Shown here: in pieces, positions 20,780 to 31,964 of the stretch
Position numbering within the stretch: the first letter of the stretch is position 1
How the letters are laid out: each line of letters opens with the position of its first letter
Origin: an uncultured delta proteobacterium
GTDB lineage: Bacteria > Desulfobacterota > Desulfomonilia > Desulfomonilales > Desulfomonilaceae
DNA: 64,000 nucleotides
Direction: 5' to 3'
NCBI GenBank assembly: GCA_963789265.1
Contig: CAWBKB010000001.1
Coordinates: forward strand, 2,112,001 to 2,176,000
Notes under the pieces: generated by a model
Seen by the model: only the letters and a program-made list of their open reading frames with translations
What the model was told of the DNA's origin: nothing
Databases searched by the model: none
Position numbers and translations under genes: made by a program

Positions 20780-21781
20780 TTAAGGAGCAAAACGAACCTG
20801 TCCTCGCCCGAGAAGGTCGTGCAGGTGGATGATGCCTGTCAGTCGATTCTCTTCGTCCAGGACGGCGAGCCCGGTAATCAATTTCTCCTCCATGATCTCC
20901 AATGCCTCCGCGGCTGTTCTATCGTGTCGTATTGTCAGAGGATCGCAGGTCATCAGATCGCGTGCTCGGCATTCATAAATCCCTGCCCCCTTCTCAAGGG
21001 CTCGACGCAGGTCTCCATCTGTGATAATGCCCAATAAACGATCTCCCGCCGCCACCAGAGTAAAGCCCAAATTTTGCATACTGATGCTTAAAAGTATCTC
21101 ACTTAAGGAGGCCCCTTCACTCACCTCCGGAATCGCGAATCGATCCAGCATAATATCCCTGACTTTGAGACTCAACCTCTCGCCGAGGCTTCCGGCAGGG
21201 TGATGTCTCAAGAAATCTTCTCTGCGAAAATCCTTCCGAACCATCAGTGCAACGGCAAGAGCATCACCGAGAGACAGGGTCGCGGTGGTGCTTGCGGTGG
21301 GGGCCATGTTCAGCGGGCAAGCCTCACGCGGTACTCTACAATCCAGCACTAAGTCCGCCATGCGGGCCAATGTCGACGAAGTCCTGCCGGTAATTGCGAT
21401 AATTCGCGTTCCTCTTTTTCTAATGGTGGCCGCCAGGGACGTTATTTCAGCCGTCTCGCCACTGTTGGAAATTGCCAGCAAGGCATCATCTCGTCCCACG
21501 ATCCCGACGTCGCCATGAAGGCCTTCCAGCGGATGAAGAAAAATGGCAGGTGATCCCGTGCTGGTTAGAGTGGCGGATATCTTACGCCCTACTATGCCCG
21601 ATTTGCCTACTCCGGTGATGATAATCCTGCCACGCAGTGAGTAGAGCATATCCACACAGTCATCGAATCTCTCATCTAATCGGCCCATTACCGATCGGAT
21701 GCCCTCAATTTCCACCTCAAGGACCTGGCGGGCAATCTCAACAGCCCGGCCTTTGAGGTCACAAATTCCTGGAGATTGCAT
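20780..21781 (-). CDS. kdsD: KpsF/GutQ family arabinose-5-phosphate isomerase
   Basis: GVGKSG, HGDVG, ISNSGET, APTASTT, HPAGSLG, two CBS domains. Confidence 0.92.
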   Translation of the reverse strand: MQSPGICDLKGRAVEIARQVLEVEIEGIRSVMGRLDERFDDCVDMLYSLRGRIIITGVGKSGIVGRKISATLTSTGSPAIFLHPLEGLHGDVGIVGRDDALLAISNSGETAEITSLAATIRKRGTRIIAITGRTSSTLARMADLVLDCRVPREACPLNMAPTASTTATLSLGDALAVALMVRKDFRREDFLRHHPAGSLGERLSLKVRDIMLDRFAIPEVSEGASLSEILLSISMQNLGFTLVAAGDRLLGIITDGDLRRALEKGAGIYECRARDLMTCDPLTIRHDRTAAEALEIMEEKLITGLAVLDEENRLTGIIHLHDLLGRGQVRFAP

Positions 21782-23114
21782 CGGCCACCATTTCTACTAC
21801 CAGCCTTACTTCTTCTTCGTCTTGCCCTTCCGCCATTACCCGGCACAGAAGCTGAGTCCCGGAATAGCGCACAAGTAGCCGGCCCCGGTTTTTTCTCAGC
21901 CGCTCACCGGCTTCCTCCATAACTCGGCGAATTTCGGGGATTCCCTCCAGATCTCTCTTAACTCCGACCTCAACATTCTTCAAGATCTGAGGATAGAGCT
22001 TAACCCTTGCCGCCAACTCCGACAAAGGTTTGCCCGTCTCAATCATGACCCTCATCACTTGAAGAGCCGACAAGATTCCGTCACCGGAGGTGTTGTGATC
22101 CAAAAATATGAGATGTCCCGACTGTTCACCTCCAAAATTAAACCCCTCAGCCCTCATGCGTTCGACCACGTAACGGTCCCCCACAGGGGTCCGAACGACT
22201 GACGCACCCAATTCCTCCAAAGCGACGTCAAGCCCGACATTGCTCATGACTGTGGCCGCAACCGTGTTTCGTTTCAGATTCCGTCTTTTCATCATGTCCC
22301 AAGCGACAATGCCCATGATCTGATCGCCGTTTACCACGTTTCCCTTTTCGTCGGCGAAGATTACGCGGTCAGCGTCGCCGTCCAGAGCCACTCCTAATTG
22401 GGCCCCCGTCCGTCGCACCTCCCGGCAAACCGTCTCAGGGTGCAGAGAGCCGCACCGATCATTGATGTTATGTCCGTCAGGATGGATTCCAAGTGCCGTG
22501 ACGTCGGCGCCCAGTTCTTCGAAAACCAAAGGAGCAGCTCTGTAGGCAGCCCCGTTTGCGCAATCCAAGACTATGCGAAAACCATCGAGGGTCAAGCTTC
22601 GTGGAAAGGTATTCTTGAGAAAGACCACGTATCGTCCCAGGGCACCCTCAATGCGCGTAACTTTTCCAATGTTCTCGGCGGTGGGGCGAATCTTGTAGAT
22701 GTCGTCAGAACAGATCAAGCGCTCGATTTCCTCTTCAAGGTCATCAGACAGTTTAAACCCGTCCCCTGAAAAGAATTTAATTCCGTTGTCCTGGAAAGGA
22801 TTATGCGAAGCTGAAATTACCGCGCCCGCCGCGCATCTCATGTTAGTGGTGAGGAACGCGATTCCCGGTGTCGGCATGGGGCCAACGAGCAGAACATCTA
22901 CGCCCATCGAGCAGATACCCGAAGCAAGTGCCGTCTCCAACATGTAGCACGACAACCGGGTATCCTTACCCACCAGTATTTTGTGCCTTTTTCCAGGCTG
23001 ATTCAGTGTGGTAAAAGCCAAGGCCCGCCCCAGGCTGAGGGCGGTCTCGGCTGTCATTGGTTCAAGATTGGCCACTCCTCTTACGCCGTCTGTGCCGAAA
23101 ATTTTCTTTGCCAT
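21759..23114 (-). CDS. glmM: Phosphoglucosamine mutase
   Basis: FGTDGVRG, ISASHNP, DGDADR, GGEQSGH. Confidence 0.96.
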   Translation of the reverse strand: MAKKIFGTDGVRGVANLEPMTAETALSLGRALAFTTLNQPGKRHKILVGKDTRLSCYMLETALASGICSMGVDVLLVGPMPTPGIAFLTTNMRCAAGAVISASHNPFQDNGIKFFSGDGFKLSDDLEEEIERLICSDDIYKIRPTAENIGKVTRIEGALGRYVVFLKNTFPRSLTLDGFRIVLDCANGAAYRAAPLVFEELGADVTALGIHPDGHNINDRCGSLHPETVCREVRRTGAQLGVALDGDADRVIFADEKGNVVNGDQIMGIVAWDMMKRRNLKRNTVAATVMSNVGLDVALEELGASVVRTPVGDRYVVERMRAEGFNFGGEQSGHLIFLDHNTSGDGILSALQVMRVMIETGKPLSELAARVKLYPQILKNVEVGVKRDLEGIPEIRRVMEEAGERLRKNRGRLLVRYSGTQLLCRVMAEGQDEEEVRLVVEMVADAISRNL

Positions 23115-23474
23115 ACTAGTTACCCGGCGTTATCTTTAGTCGGCATTTGCTGCGGAAGTATTTCTCGCCGTTTTGTCGTCAAAAACCTTAATGAAACTTA
23201 TAAAATATCACGGGCTACCAGTGTTCACAAGTCTTTTTGCTGAAGGTCGGCAATCCTTCAGTCTTGTGGGGCAGTCCCCCGAGGCGCGGGACTGCCTGCC
23301 GGGGAAACCCCAGTTCAGTGGCGGGCTAGAAAGCCCACCCCACGAAGCAATCCGCAACTTCCGGCTGTAACTGAATGCTTACGAAGGGCACTAATCCCTC
23401 AATCATGGGCGGCAGAAGATGGTCATTACGAGGCAAACCATTTGGTTCGAGAAAGCATACGAGTAACGTCCCTG

Positions 23475-25736
23475 TCACCGCAGCCGGTTGAGGATCTCCT
23501 TGAATCCGGGGAGATCCCTAATCGATTGGAAGACGGCATCGTTGGCCATTTTATCAGCATCACGATATCCTTTTCGAACCGCCAGATCGAGATAGTGCAA
23601 AGAATCAGCCGTATTGCCTGCAAGCGAATACATTCCCGCAAGATTATAATAAAGCTTCGGATCTCCAGGCTCTGCCTGAATGGCTTTGAGCATCCAAGCG
23701 ATTCCCTCGGAGGCCCGGCCGGACATGGCCAAAGCCAATCCGTACTGGCCCATAAGGAATGACGAGCCTGGGCTCTTTTGCAAGCCAAGCTTGAGCACTT
23801 TCAGGGCGTCTTGAACTTTTCCTTCCTCAAGGTAAATTCCGGCCAAATTGCCGCGGGCTTCCGGCATGTTATCATTTTGGTTCACAAGCTTACGGTAGAT
23901 TGAAACAGCCTCAGCTTTGGACCCGGCTTGGTAACAGGCTGTAGCCAGGGAAAACATCATCTTTGGATCATTCCCCGAAAGCTCAACCGCGCGGCGGTAT
24001 TCCTTGAGCGCCTTGTCATAAGATCCGTCGTCCAATAGGTAACCTCCGAGAAGTTTGTGAACTTCCGGATTGTCCTCCATCCTGGAGGCGGCCCTTTCCA
24101 GAGCTATCCGGGCCTCTTTCTTCTTACCGGCCCATTTCAGAGTCTTAGCAAGATTCATGTCTTTGGTGACGAAGAAATCTGCATCAAGGGATCTCATAGC
24201 CTTGTCGTAGAGCGCTTGTCGGTCTGATGAGGTCAGCTCCCGAGAAGGGTGCGCCAGGCCCATTTCCACTATCTTGTCGAAGAGCATCTCGGCCAGCCAT
24301 TGGTGAACGCCAATCGTTAGATGAACGTGATCCCACAAGCTCTCGTTACCTGGAATGCCGGACTTGTCTCCGGTATCGGAGAGTTTTCGCTCGAGCCTCG
24401 TCCGGAAAGGAACAAGTACTACCTTTTCCTCCAGGGCAACTTTGTCAAACCGGTCCTCCAGAGCTGAAATGGCCCTGAGTGGGCAGACATCCAGATCTCT
24501 GGCCTTGATGAAACTTTCTCGCGCGTCCGCGTTACGTCCAAGTCCGAGCAGGTCCTTTCCCTTCCAGTAATATGTTTCAGCATACAGCGGGTCGCGATTG
24601 ATCGCCTTCTCCAGGATAGTCAGGGATTCTTTGTACCGAGCAGTCTGGAAAAGTTTTATGGAGCGATCCAGCCAGCCTCTGTACTTGGCCTTCTCCGAAA
24701 CGGTCAGATCAGGGCTATGTTCTGACTTGAAAGGCGAGAAATCCTTGAGATTGGAAACCGGCTGAACCATGATGACCGGCACGCCCGCGTTTCGGCACAG
24801 AGCAATCGTGGCTCGCAGGTTGTAGGTGAAATGCGTCACCACAGCTTTGGAGAATGCTTCGTCCCTGTGGTACAGATCCAACCCCGCGCTACGGTCCAGA
24901 ATCGCTGTTACCTCGTCATGCAGAATCGGCTTTCCCGTCTGCCGTACCTGTGAAGTTTGCGTAGACGACCGTTGACCGACGCTGGTAGAAGCCTTTTGAG
25001 CAGCGTGGCTTCCTTGCTGGACACCAGCCCGAATGAGCAGAGGTTCGAGAATTTTTTTCAGCCCTTGATAGATGTGCAGTCGCTCCAGCAACGCCCGTAC
25101 GGTGAGCAATCTTTTTCCTTGACGAAAGAGAGTGGTATACGTTCTTCGCTCCAGAAATTCATTGTGGGCATCGGAGAGGATAATCAGATCGGGGTTGTAT
25201 TGGAGCGCTTCGCGCACGAGCGGCACAATTCGATATGATGCATAAGATATCCCTCCAGCATTGATAACCTCAAAATGCCTTCCTGGACACGATGCATTGA
25301 GCAGGTCTTGAAGCCATCGCGGAAACGCTGTCCTTCCGTCGAACGGGTGTCCATACGTAGTCGAGCCCCCAAAACAGAAGATTCTGGTTGTGTTGGGACT
25401 TTTCTTGACCGGGAATGAGGCTTTGTTAAAGAATCTGAGTTTGGCCGGGGCCGTAGACGCGATGCCGTTCTTCACCACGTATAGAGGGTGAAGCCCCGAA
25501 AACCCTACAAAAGGATCTGCTGCGGGATTGGCGGCAGACGGCACGCCGGCAATGCGCAAGGCTCCTTCGAGGACGGCAAAGAATAGAAAACAGACGACTA
25601 GTCCCATCGTCAAGTTGCGAATAAAGGAATGCCCGGCCGAGCCCTTTCCATCGGCAACCGGACGAACCTTCTCAGTTGATGCTTTGGAGCGCTTCGGCTT
25701 TCGGTTATTCTTCGCGGGCTTGCGTGAAGGGAACAT
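23475..25736 (-). CDS. Membrane-anchored SGNH/GDSL hydrolase-like protein with TPR repeats
   Basis: N-terminal TM, FCFGGSTTYG block I, DHVH block V, several TPR-like helices. Confidence 0.8.
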   Translation of the reverse strand: MFPSRKPAKNNRKPKRSKASTEKVRPVADGKGSAGHSFIRNLTMGLVVCFLFFAVLEGALRIAGVPSAANPAADPFVGFSGLHPLYVVKNGIASTAPAKLRFFNKASFPVKKSPNTTRIFCFGGSTTYGHPFDGRTAFPRWLQDLLNASCPGRHFEVINAGGISYASYRIVPLVREALQYNPDLIILSDAHNEFLERRTYTTLFRQGKRLLTVRALLERLHIYQGLKKILEPLLIRAGVQQGSHAAQKASTSVGQRSSTQTSQVRQTGKPILHDEVTAILDRSAGLDLYHRDEAFSKAVVTHFTYNLRATIALCRNAGVPVIMVQPVSNLKDFSPFKSEHSPDLTVSEKAKYRGWLDRSIKLFQTARYKESLTILEKAINRDPLYAETYYWKGKDLLGLGRNADARESFIKARDLDVCPLRAISALEDRFDKVALEEKVVLVPFRTRLERKLSDTGDKSGIPGNESLWDHVHLTIGVHQWLAEMLFDKIVEMGLAHPSRELTSSDRQALYDKAMRSLDADFFVTKDMNLAKTLKWAGKKKEARIALERAASRMEDNPEVHKLLGGYLLDDGSYDKALKEYRRAVELSGNDPKMMFSLATACYQAGSKAEAVSIYRKLVNQNDNMPEARGNLAGIYLEEGKVQDALKVLKLGLQKSPGSSFLMGQYGLALAMSGRASEGIAWMLKAIQAEPGDPKLYYNLAGMYSLAGNTADSLHYLDLAVRKGYRDADKMANDAVFQSIRDLPGFKEILNRLR

Positions 25737-25871
25737 GCCCCCTACTATAAGGCGACTTCCAGAGGAATTCCAGTGCCGATAAAGGCACCCGCCTCGTTTC
25801 TTCTTGAATTCTCCACCTATAAGAAGGTATGCTTGAAACCGGGGAAATCTGATCGAAGGAGGAGGCCCTCT

Positions 25872-26192
25872 GTGAAAACGAGGTTTATGATCGTCGCCGT
25901 GATCGTGATTCCGGCTATTCTTGTCTGCGTGTCGGCGTTCGCGCGGGACCCCATAAAATGGTCAGCCCCCATGAACCAATATCCTAATGCATGGTCCCCG
26001 ACTGCTCCACCGCCGACATATTACAACCCGTACGGGTATCAATATCCGTATGCAAACTACGGGTACGGCAACCCGAACGCATATTACGGGTACGGCGGCA
26101 ATTACGGCGCCGGATATTATCAAGGCACTTATCAGCAGCCTCAGCAAAGTGGCAACACCGGGAATCCTTACAGTTACTACTACAGGCAGTGA
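25872..26192 (+). CDS. Secreted Tyr/Gly/Asn/Gln-rich low-complexity protein
   Basis: GTG after AGGAGGAGG, signal peptide ending AFA. Confidence 0.75.
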   Translation: MKTRFMIVAVIVIPAILVCVSAFARDPIKWSAPMNQYPNAWSPTAPPPTYYNPYGYQYPYANYGYGNPNAYYGYGGNYGAGYYQGTYQQPQQSGNTGNPYSYYYRQ

Positions 26193-26390
26193 TTACGGCA
26201 ACGTAGCCGCATAAAGAAGCGCTTGGCGGATATCCTCGTCTTCAAGTTCAGGATATTCCCGGCGCAACTCGTCAAGATCATCGTAAACAGCCCCCAGCTT
26301 TGTGACAGGTCGCACGGTCAGACGCAGGCCGCGTATACAGGGCTGACCATTCATGCGAGCGGGATCCACGGTGATGCGGTCTAGTTTCAT
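26193..26390 (-). CDS. DUF433-family (antitoxin-like) protein
   Basis: RITVDPARMNGQPCIRGLRLTV...YPELEDEDIRQALLYAA. Confidence 0.85.
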   Translation of the reverse strand: MKLDRITVDPARMNGQPCIRGLRLTVRPVTKLGAVYDDLDELRREYPELEDEDIRQALLYAATLP

Positions 26391-26516
26391 TTCATCATGC
26401 CTCCGGCTGTTATGATAGCATGTTCGGGCAGTTATGCCAAAGCAGCTTTGGGATTTGAAAAGTCGCCCAGTTCGGCCTGATTCTTATCGTGAACTTCTTG
26501 TACCGAGAGGTCAGGC

Positions 26517-28224
26517 TTACCACTCCTCCAGTGCCTTCCTCACTGCCTCAACTACTTCCGAGATCTCGACCAGTATCACTTCCTTTGTCTTTCGATCTCT
26601 CAGTTCTGCCTTGCCCTGAGCAAGCGCCTTCTTCCCTATGGTAACCCTAAAGGGTATCCCTACAAGATCCGCATCTTTGAATTTGACTCCCGGCCTCTCA
26701 TCCCTGTCATCCAAAAGAGCGTCGATCGAATTATTCCACAGGTCGCTATACACACGTTCAGCGGCCTCCTCTATTTCAGGACTTTTCGCGCCCACCGGGG
26801 TAACTATCACCGTGAAGGGAGCCAGTGCCGGGGGGAAAATGATCCCGTCGTCATCATTATTTTGCTCTATTGCCGCGGCAATTGTCCTGCTCACACCAAT
26901 TCCGTAGCAACCCATGATCATTGGCTTTTCCTGGCCTTCTGCATCAAGAAACCGGGCGTTCATTGCCTCCGAGTACCTTTACCCCCAGCTTGAACACGTG
27001 ACCGACCTCTATCCCCTTGGAAAGGAGCAACTTCCCATCACATCGGGGACACGGGTCGCCTGCCGCGGCAGCCCGGAAGTCTCCGTAATGGTCCGTACGG
27101 AAGTCGGACTGAGGATTCACACCCACAAGGTGAGCATCCTTTGCGTTGGCACCGACTACCGCCGAACTCATACAGCGAATCGCATAGTCCGCAAGAATAG
27201 TCACATTTCGCAATCCCACCGGACCGGAGAATCCAAGCGGCCCTCCGGTTACGGCCTCTATCGTGCGTTCATCCGCCAAATCCAGTTCGGATGCCTTGAG
27301 AAAATTCTTCACCTTGATCTCGTTCAGATCATGATCTCCACGTACAAGGACTGCGACAGGCCCTTTATCCGATCGCAGAATCAGTGTCTTGATCAGAGTC
27401 TGAGGCTGCACACTGAGGAATCGAGAAACCTCCTCGATCGTACTCATGCCGGGTGTATCCACTTTTCTCGGTGTGGCGCCGCTTGTTGCATCGACCGCAT
27501 CGCACGGCCGTATCTCCGCTTTTTCCATATTGGCCGCGTAGTCGCAGGAGTCGCACGAGACAATGGTGTCTTCACCGGTGTTTGCCAGGACCATGAACTC
27601 ATGAGAAAAGCTTCCTCCGATGGGGCCGGAATCGGCCTCCACAGCCCGAAAGCCCAGGCCGCATCGCTCGAAAATCTTCCGATAGGCTTCCCACATGAGA
27701 CGGTAAGATTCTTCCGCCCCCTGTTCCGTCGCGTCGAATGAGTATCCGTCCTTCATCATAAATTCTCTACCGCGCATGAGTCCGAACCGCGGCCGTATTT
27801 CATCCCTGAATTTGGTCTGGATCTGGTAAAGATTCAGGGGAAGATCGCGATAAGATCGCACATCGCGGCGTACGAGATCGGTAATCACCTCCTCGTGAGT
27901 GGGACCGAGGCAACATTCGTGGTCGTGTCTATCCTTGAACCTGAGCAGCTCACTTCCGTAAAGATCCCAGCGGCCGGATTCCTTCCAAAGTTCCGCTGGT
28001 TGGACCATGGGAAGGAAGACCTCTTGGGCTCCCGCGGCATCCATCTCTTCTCGTACGATCTGTTCCAACTTCCTCAAAGACCGATATCCAAGAGGCAAGT
28101 ACGAGTATACTCCGGCAGTAAGCTTTCTGATCATCCCGGCACGCACCATCAACCTGTGGCTCACCACTTCCGCATCTGACGGGTCCTCTTTCAAGGTCGG
28201 AATCAAAAGTTTGGACATTATCAT
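26517..28224 (-). CDS. proS: Proline--tRNA ligase (frameshift near 26976)
   Basis: [28 protein letters not shown] editing domain, [21 protein letters not shown], anticodon domain. Confidence 0.95.
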
Positions 28225-28254
28225 GCGACTTTCCACCTCAACCGACGAGAATTT

Positions 28255-28405
28255 GGTACGCTTTTTCGCAAATACGGTTTCGTATTCTGTTCAATCGACG
28301 TCATTCCCGCGTACGCGGGAATCCAGGACCGGCCTCAGTGCCGGTTGTTCGCGAAACACCGGCAGGGACCGTACAATTGGCACCGTATTTATGAAACGCT
28401 GTACT
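28255..28405. mobile_element. AGTAC-ended MITE carrying a GTCATTCCCGCGTACGCGGGAATCC hairpin
   Basis: Right end CACCGTATTTATGAAACGCTGTACT identical to that at 35645-35669; imperfect inverted left end. Confidence 0.6.
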
Positions 28406-28563
28406 TAGGTAAAGCGCTCACGACTGTAACCCAAGGGGTGCTACTCTATCAAGATTGTTTTTGTTTCAGTTACTTGTCAATGCACGCGTCTTCTCGGATA
28501 CTATGTATAAGAGAATCTTCCCAATCTCCTTATGGGAAAACCGGTCCGGCAGACAATAAGAGC

Positions 28564-29522
28564 ATGTCCCCTTTGTTGAAACATGATGAGATCCTTTTGA
28601 GAGTCCGTGAAGCGGAAAAACTGTCCTCTCCGTGCAGGCTTTGTCCACGCGCGTGCGGAGTAGATCGAACTTCCGGCGAAACAGGTTATTGCGGCGCGGG
28701 TCCAGATCCGTCTGTTGCTGCCGTCCTACCCCATTTCGGGGAAGAGCCGCCCCTTACCGGGTCAGGCGGTGCGGGCACGATCTTCTTTAGCCGGTGCAAT
28801 CTTCGCTGCGTCTATTGTCAAAACCATCAGATCAGCCAGGCCGAACTCGGCTGCATCATGAGTCCGCAGGAACTGGCGCTCCGAATTCTAAACTTGGGAA
28901 ATGTGGGCTGCTCCACGATAGAGCCTGTTTCACCGACCCATCACTTGCCCGGTCTACTCAAGGCTCTCGCCATATCCGTAGACCAAGGGATGAGCCTGCC
29001 GGTGGTTTATAACACGAACGGGTATGAGTCGATCCAAACTCTGGAGTTACTGGATGGTATTGTAGACATTTATCTCCCCGATCTGAAATACGCCTCCAAC
29101 AGACAAGCGATGAAATACTCGGACGCGCCCGATTATGTGACAACGGCCCGGCTTGCAGGTACCTGGCGATGCACCGACAGGTGGGCAACCTCGTGGTTGA
29201 CCTGCAAGGCACGGCGACGAGGGGCTTGATTTTGAGGCATCTCGTCCTCCCGGGAAACCTTTCCGGGACAGAAGAAACCTTGATCTGGGTGCGCGAGAAT
29301 CTTCCGCTGACGGTAACTCTATCTCTAATGGCCCAATATTCTCCCGTGCACAATAGTGCACGCTTTCCTCCGCTCGATAGAACGATAACCGGCGAAGAAT
29401 ACGAAAGGGTTGTAGATATTGCATGGGAATTGGGCTTCGAGAACGTCTTCGTGCAGGAGATGGATTCGAGACAATCAGGGATTCCGGACTTTTCTCTTAG
29501 TCAACCCTTCAACTGGGAATAA
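28564..29522 (+). CDS. Radical SAM protein, PflX-like (frameshift near 29160)
   Basis: CRLCPRAC, CNLRCVYC CxxxCxxC, YNTNGYE, DIYLPDLKY, RHLVLPG, MAQYSP. Confidence 0.88.
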
Positions 29523-29781
29523 CCAGGACGCATGATTCGCAACTATCGGTTGCGGCCGGCAGGGACGCCGGCCCTACCAAGCAGTAGCGATGGGCCTCCG
29601 TGCCCGTCGTCTCACATGTATGAGCGCGCATTGGTATTACTCCCTGCTCGCATCTCAAGTTGACAAGCGTCAACCCCGAAGTTACTCTTGACAGGCCCCA
29701 GGCACAAGAGAACGAAATGATTATCGATACAGCCTACTCGTATGACCGTCACCCGGTCTGTTCCGAGACTAGGAGGCATTA

Positions 29782-30321
29782 ATGGACGGACGAACTTTTG
29801 AGCTGGAATTCGCAAAGTTCATACAAAGGTTCCATGAGCAGATCAAGGATGCTTTCCTTGAAGATGCGTTCCAGCGGCGTGAGATCCTGTCGCAAACACT
29901 GCTTGGGAAAGAGATGGTCGAAGAGCTCGCGGAGGGCATCGTTTCGGAATTTAAGAATAACATTGACCGCAAAACGGCAGTGGAAACTATTGCCGACCGA
30001 TACGTACAGCTTGGAATCCGATGTTGCGAGGAAGGCTTTAGTTGCTCCGCAATAGTGCGGCTACTCATTCTGTTGAAGAGACACATCTGGCTATTCTTCC
30101 AGGAGAGTAACTTTGCGGGCCAACCATTTGATGTACGGTCGATCATTGCGTTGAACAACCGAACCGCTCTGTTTTTCGACCGTGCTATCTACTTTGTTCT
30201 TGTGGGGTACGAACGATCCTCTACTGCATACTCCGGTGAGCTGGAAACCTTGTATAAATCGTTCCTGAACAAGCTTCGGCGCGATCTGGGCTTGCAGAAG
30301 GGCAACGAGGAAACATCTTGA
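29782..30321 (+). CDS. RsbRD_N-like all-helical domain protein
   Basis: AGGAGG RBS; YVQLG..R..EGF..S.IV..L.LLKRHIW pattern. Confidence 0.7.
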   Translation: MDGRTFELEFAKFIQRFHEQIKDAFLEDAFQRREILSQTLLGKEMVEELAEGIVSEFKNNIDRKTAVETIADRYVQLGIRCCEEGFSCSAIVRLLILLKRHIWLFFQESNFAGQPFDVRSIIALNNRTALFFDRAIYFVLVGYERSSTAYSGELETLYKSFLNKLRRDLGLQKGNEETS

Positions 30322-30530
30322 CTATCACGGGGATAATATGAGGTGAGGCTATTCGGCGGTCGAATCGAGAAACGCCGCGAATTTGATGACGTCCGGGCCA
30401 TTGCCGGGCGAACGAGTGTACCCGGCAGAGAGATCCTCTCCTGAGTCGATCGGGAACTCAATGAATGAAAAAAGAGGCGGCCCATTCTAATGGAGCGCGC
30501 CTCGTCAATAATTTTGAGAGGGGGGGTCTT

Positions 30531-31367
30531 TTACTGGATTACCTGAACAGTGTACCCGAACTTCTCACCATTCTCCTGACGGTATTCGACCTTGACCTTT
30601 TCGCCCACAGCGGGTCGCCGGAAAGGTATGAACTTGGTCTTCAATCCGACACGGATATTTATAACCTCAGCGGCCTCTCCTTCCCCTGTGGTCCTTATGG
30701 AGAGGCTCTTTGGAGAAGAGGCCACGACTTCTCCGTTCAAAGTCTTGTACTTTTGCTCTTCTGTCGGCGGTTGCTCTTTGGCCGCTCCTTTCCCTTCGGG
30801 TGCGGTCTTGGTTACCGGGGGCTTCACTGCCTCTTTGTGCACGGCTGCGCGCTTCTTGGCAGCAGGAACCGGCTTCGGGACTTTCGGGGGAGCAACGGCA
30901 TGTTTGCGGGGAGACCAGGCTTTCTCAGTGACATAAGCAGGGGGCTTGGTAGAACAGACGGCCTTGGGTGACGGACAGGGTGTAACTGTGCTGGTTCCTT
31001 CCCTCACGGTCCTGCAAACCGATGTGCTGGGAGGAGGCGGGGGATAGCACCTGACTGAACCCGGATGCGGGGACAGGCCGACGACCTTGGTCGCCTTCAT
31101 ATACCCATCCTCGAGAATGAAATCAACGGCCACGCGCTCGCCAATGCAAGGCCGATGGTTCGGGATGTACTTCGTCCGCCAGCCTACGTTGACCTCCGCG
31201 CATTGTCTGCCGGATTTGACAGTCATGCTGCGCCAGCCATTGTCAATGACGGTACCTTTGAAGGTGCAAATTCGGTAGGCTTTTACCGGTGGAACAGCAA
31301 AGCATAAAAGGATAAGGGCAGCCGAGATTAGCACGACTCGGGCTGAAACGAAATACTTCCCAGACAT
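30531..31367 (-). CDS. Secreted protein with two repeated OB-fold-like modules and a Pro/Lys/Ala linker
   Basis: Repeats VNVGWRTKYIPNHRPCIGERVAVDF and IRVGLKTKFIPFRRPAVGEKVKVEY; signal peptide; GAGGAGG RBS. Confidence 0.75.
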   Translation of the reverse strand: MSGKYFVSARVVLISAALILLCFAVPPVKAYRICTFKGTVIDNGWRSMTVKSGRQCAEVNVGWRTKYIPNHRPCIGERVAVDFILEDGYMKATKVVGLSPHPGSVRCYPPPPPSTSVCRTVREGTSTVTPCPSPKAVCSTKPPAYVTEKAWSPRKHAVAPPKVPKPVPAAKKRAAVHKEAVKPPVTKTAPEGKGAAKEQPPTEEQKYKTLNGEVVASSPKSLSIRTTGEGEAAEVINIRVGLKTKFIPFRRPAVGEKVKVEYRQENGEKFGYTVQVIQ

Positions 31368-31613
31368 GGGGGACCTCCTCACTGGGGGGGTAAGGGATTC
31401 GCTTTCAATCAGGACGCCTCCTCGGATAGCTCCGAGAGTCCGGTAGCTTAAAGTTGCCTTTACATAGTAGGTTACATGAAAAAAGTCAAGTAAATTACAA
31501 AGTAAATTATGTTTGATCCTAATTCTACAGAGCATTGTATAGGAAACTACCTGAAAAACCCAACCTTGTCAACCTTCACTCGATATGGTATCAACCGAAA
31601 CTGGAGATTTGAA

Positions 31614-31964
31614 ATGGGAATGTTCCGGGATTCGGGATCCCAGGAAATCGATATAATAAAGGAGATGGCCGAAGGCCTGGGAAGTCAGGGCCTTAAGCTT
31701 GAAGATCTCCTGGAAAAAGCAGGCGAAGCCCGTGAACGCGTGCGCGAAATGCTGCGCTGTCAGCAAGAATCCGTGCCCGGTTTCCGGGGTTTTGACGCCG
31801 CGGTTATTAATGATGCCATCCGCGAGTACAATGGTCTCGTGGACAAGGCTGAGGATGCGCTCAGATGGCTTCTGATTACACGGGAGGCCTGCGGTTTCAG
31901 GACCCATCGAAACGTACACACTCACTATCCGATTCCCTTGAAAATGAAGCTCCTCAAGGCATGA
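31614..31964 (+). CDS. Hypothetical helical protein
   Basis: GGAG RBS; stop overlaps next start (ATGA). Confidence 0.7.
   Translation: MGMFRDSGSQEIDIIKEMAEGLGSQGLKLEDLLEKAGEARERVREMLRCQQESVPGFRGFDAAVINDAIREYNGLVDKAEDALRWLLITREACGFRTHRNVHTHYPIPLKMKLLKA

Noticed and set aside
20186..21037. 283-aa plus-strand ORF
   Set aside because: Antisense shadow of dksA and kdsD
23245..23385. Possible further MITE around a GTGGGG...CCCCAC repeat
   Set aside because: Ends and target duplication too degenerate to define
26960..26990. Programmed frameshift or split proS
   Set aside because: No slippery site; matches the window-wide extra-base error pattern
30320..30530. Structured intergenic region as 6S RNA or sRNA
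   Set aside because: Hairpins present but no recognisable family; could be convergent terminators
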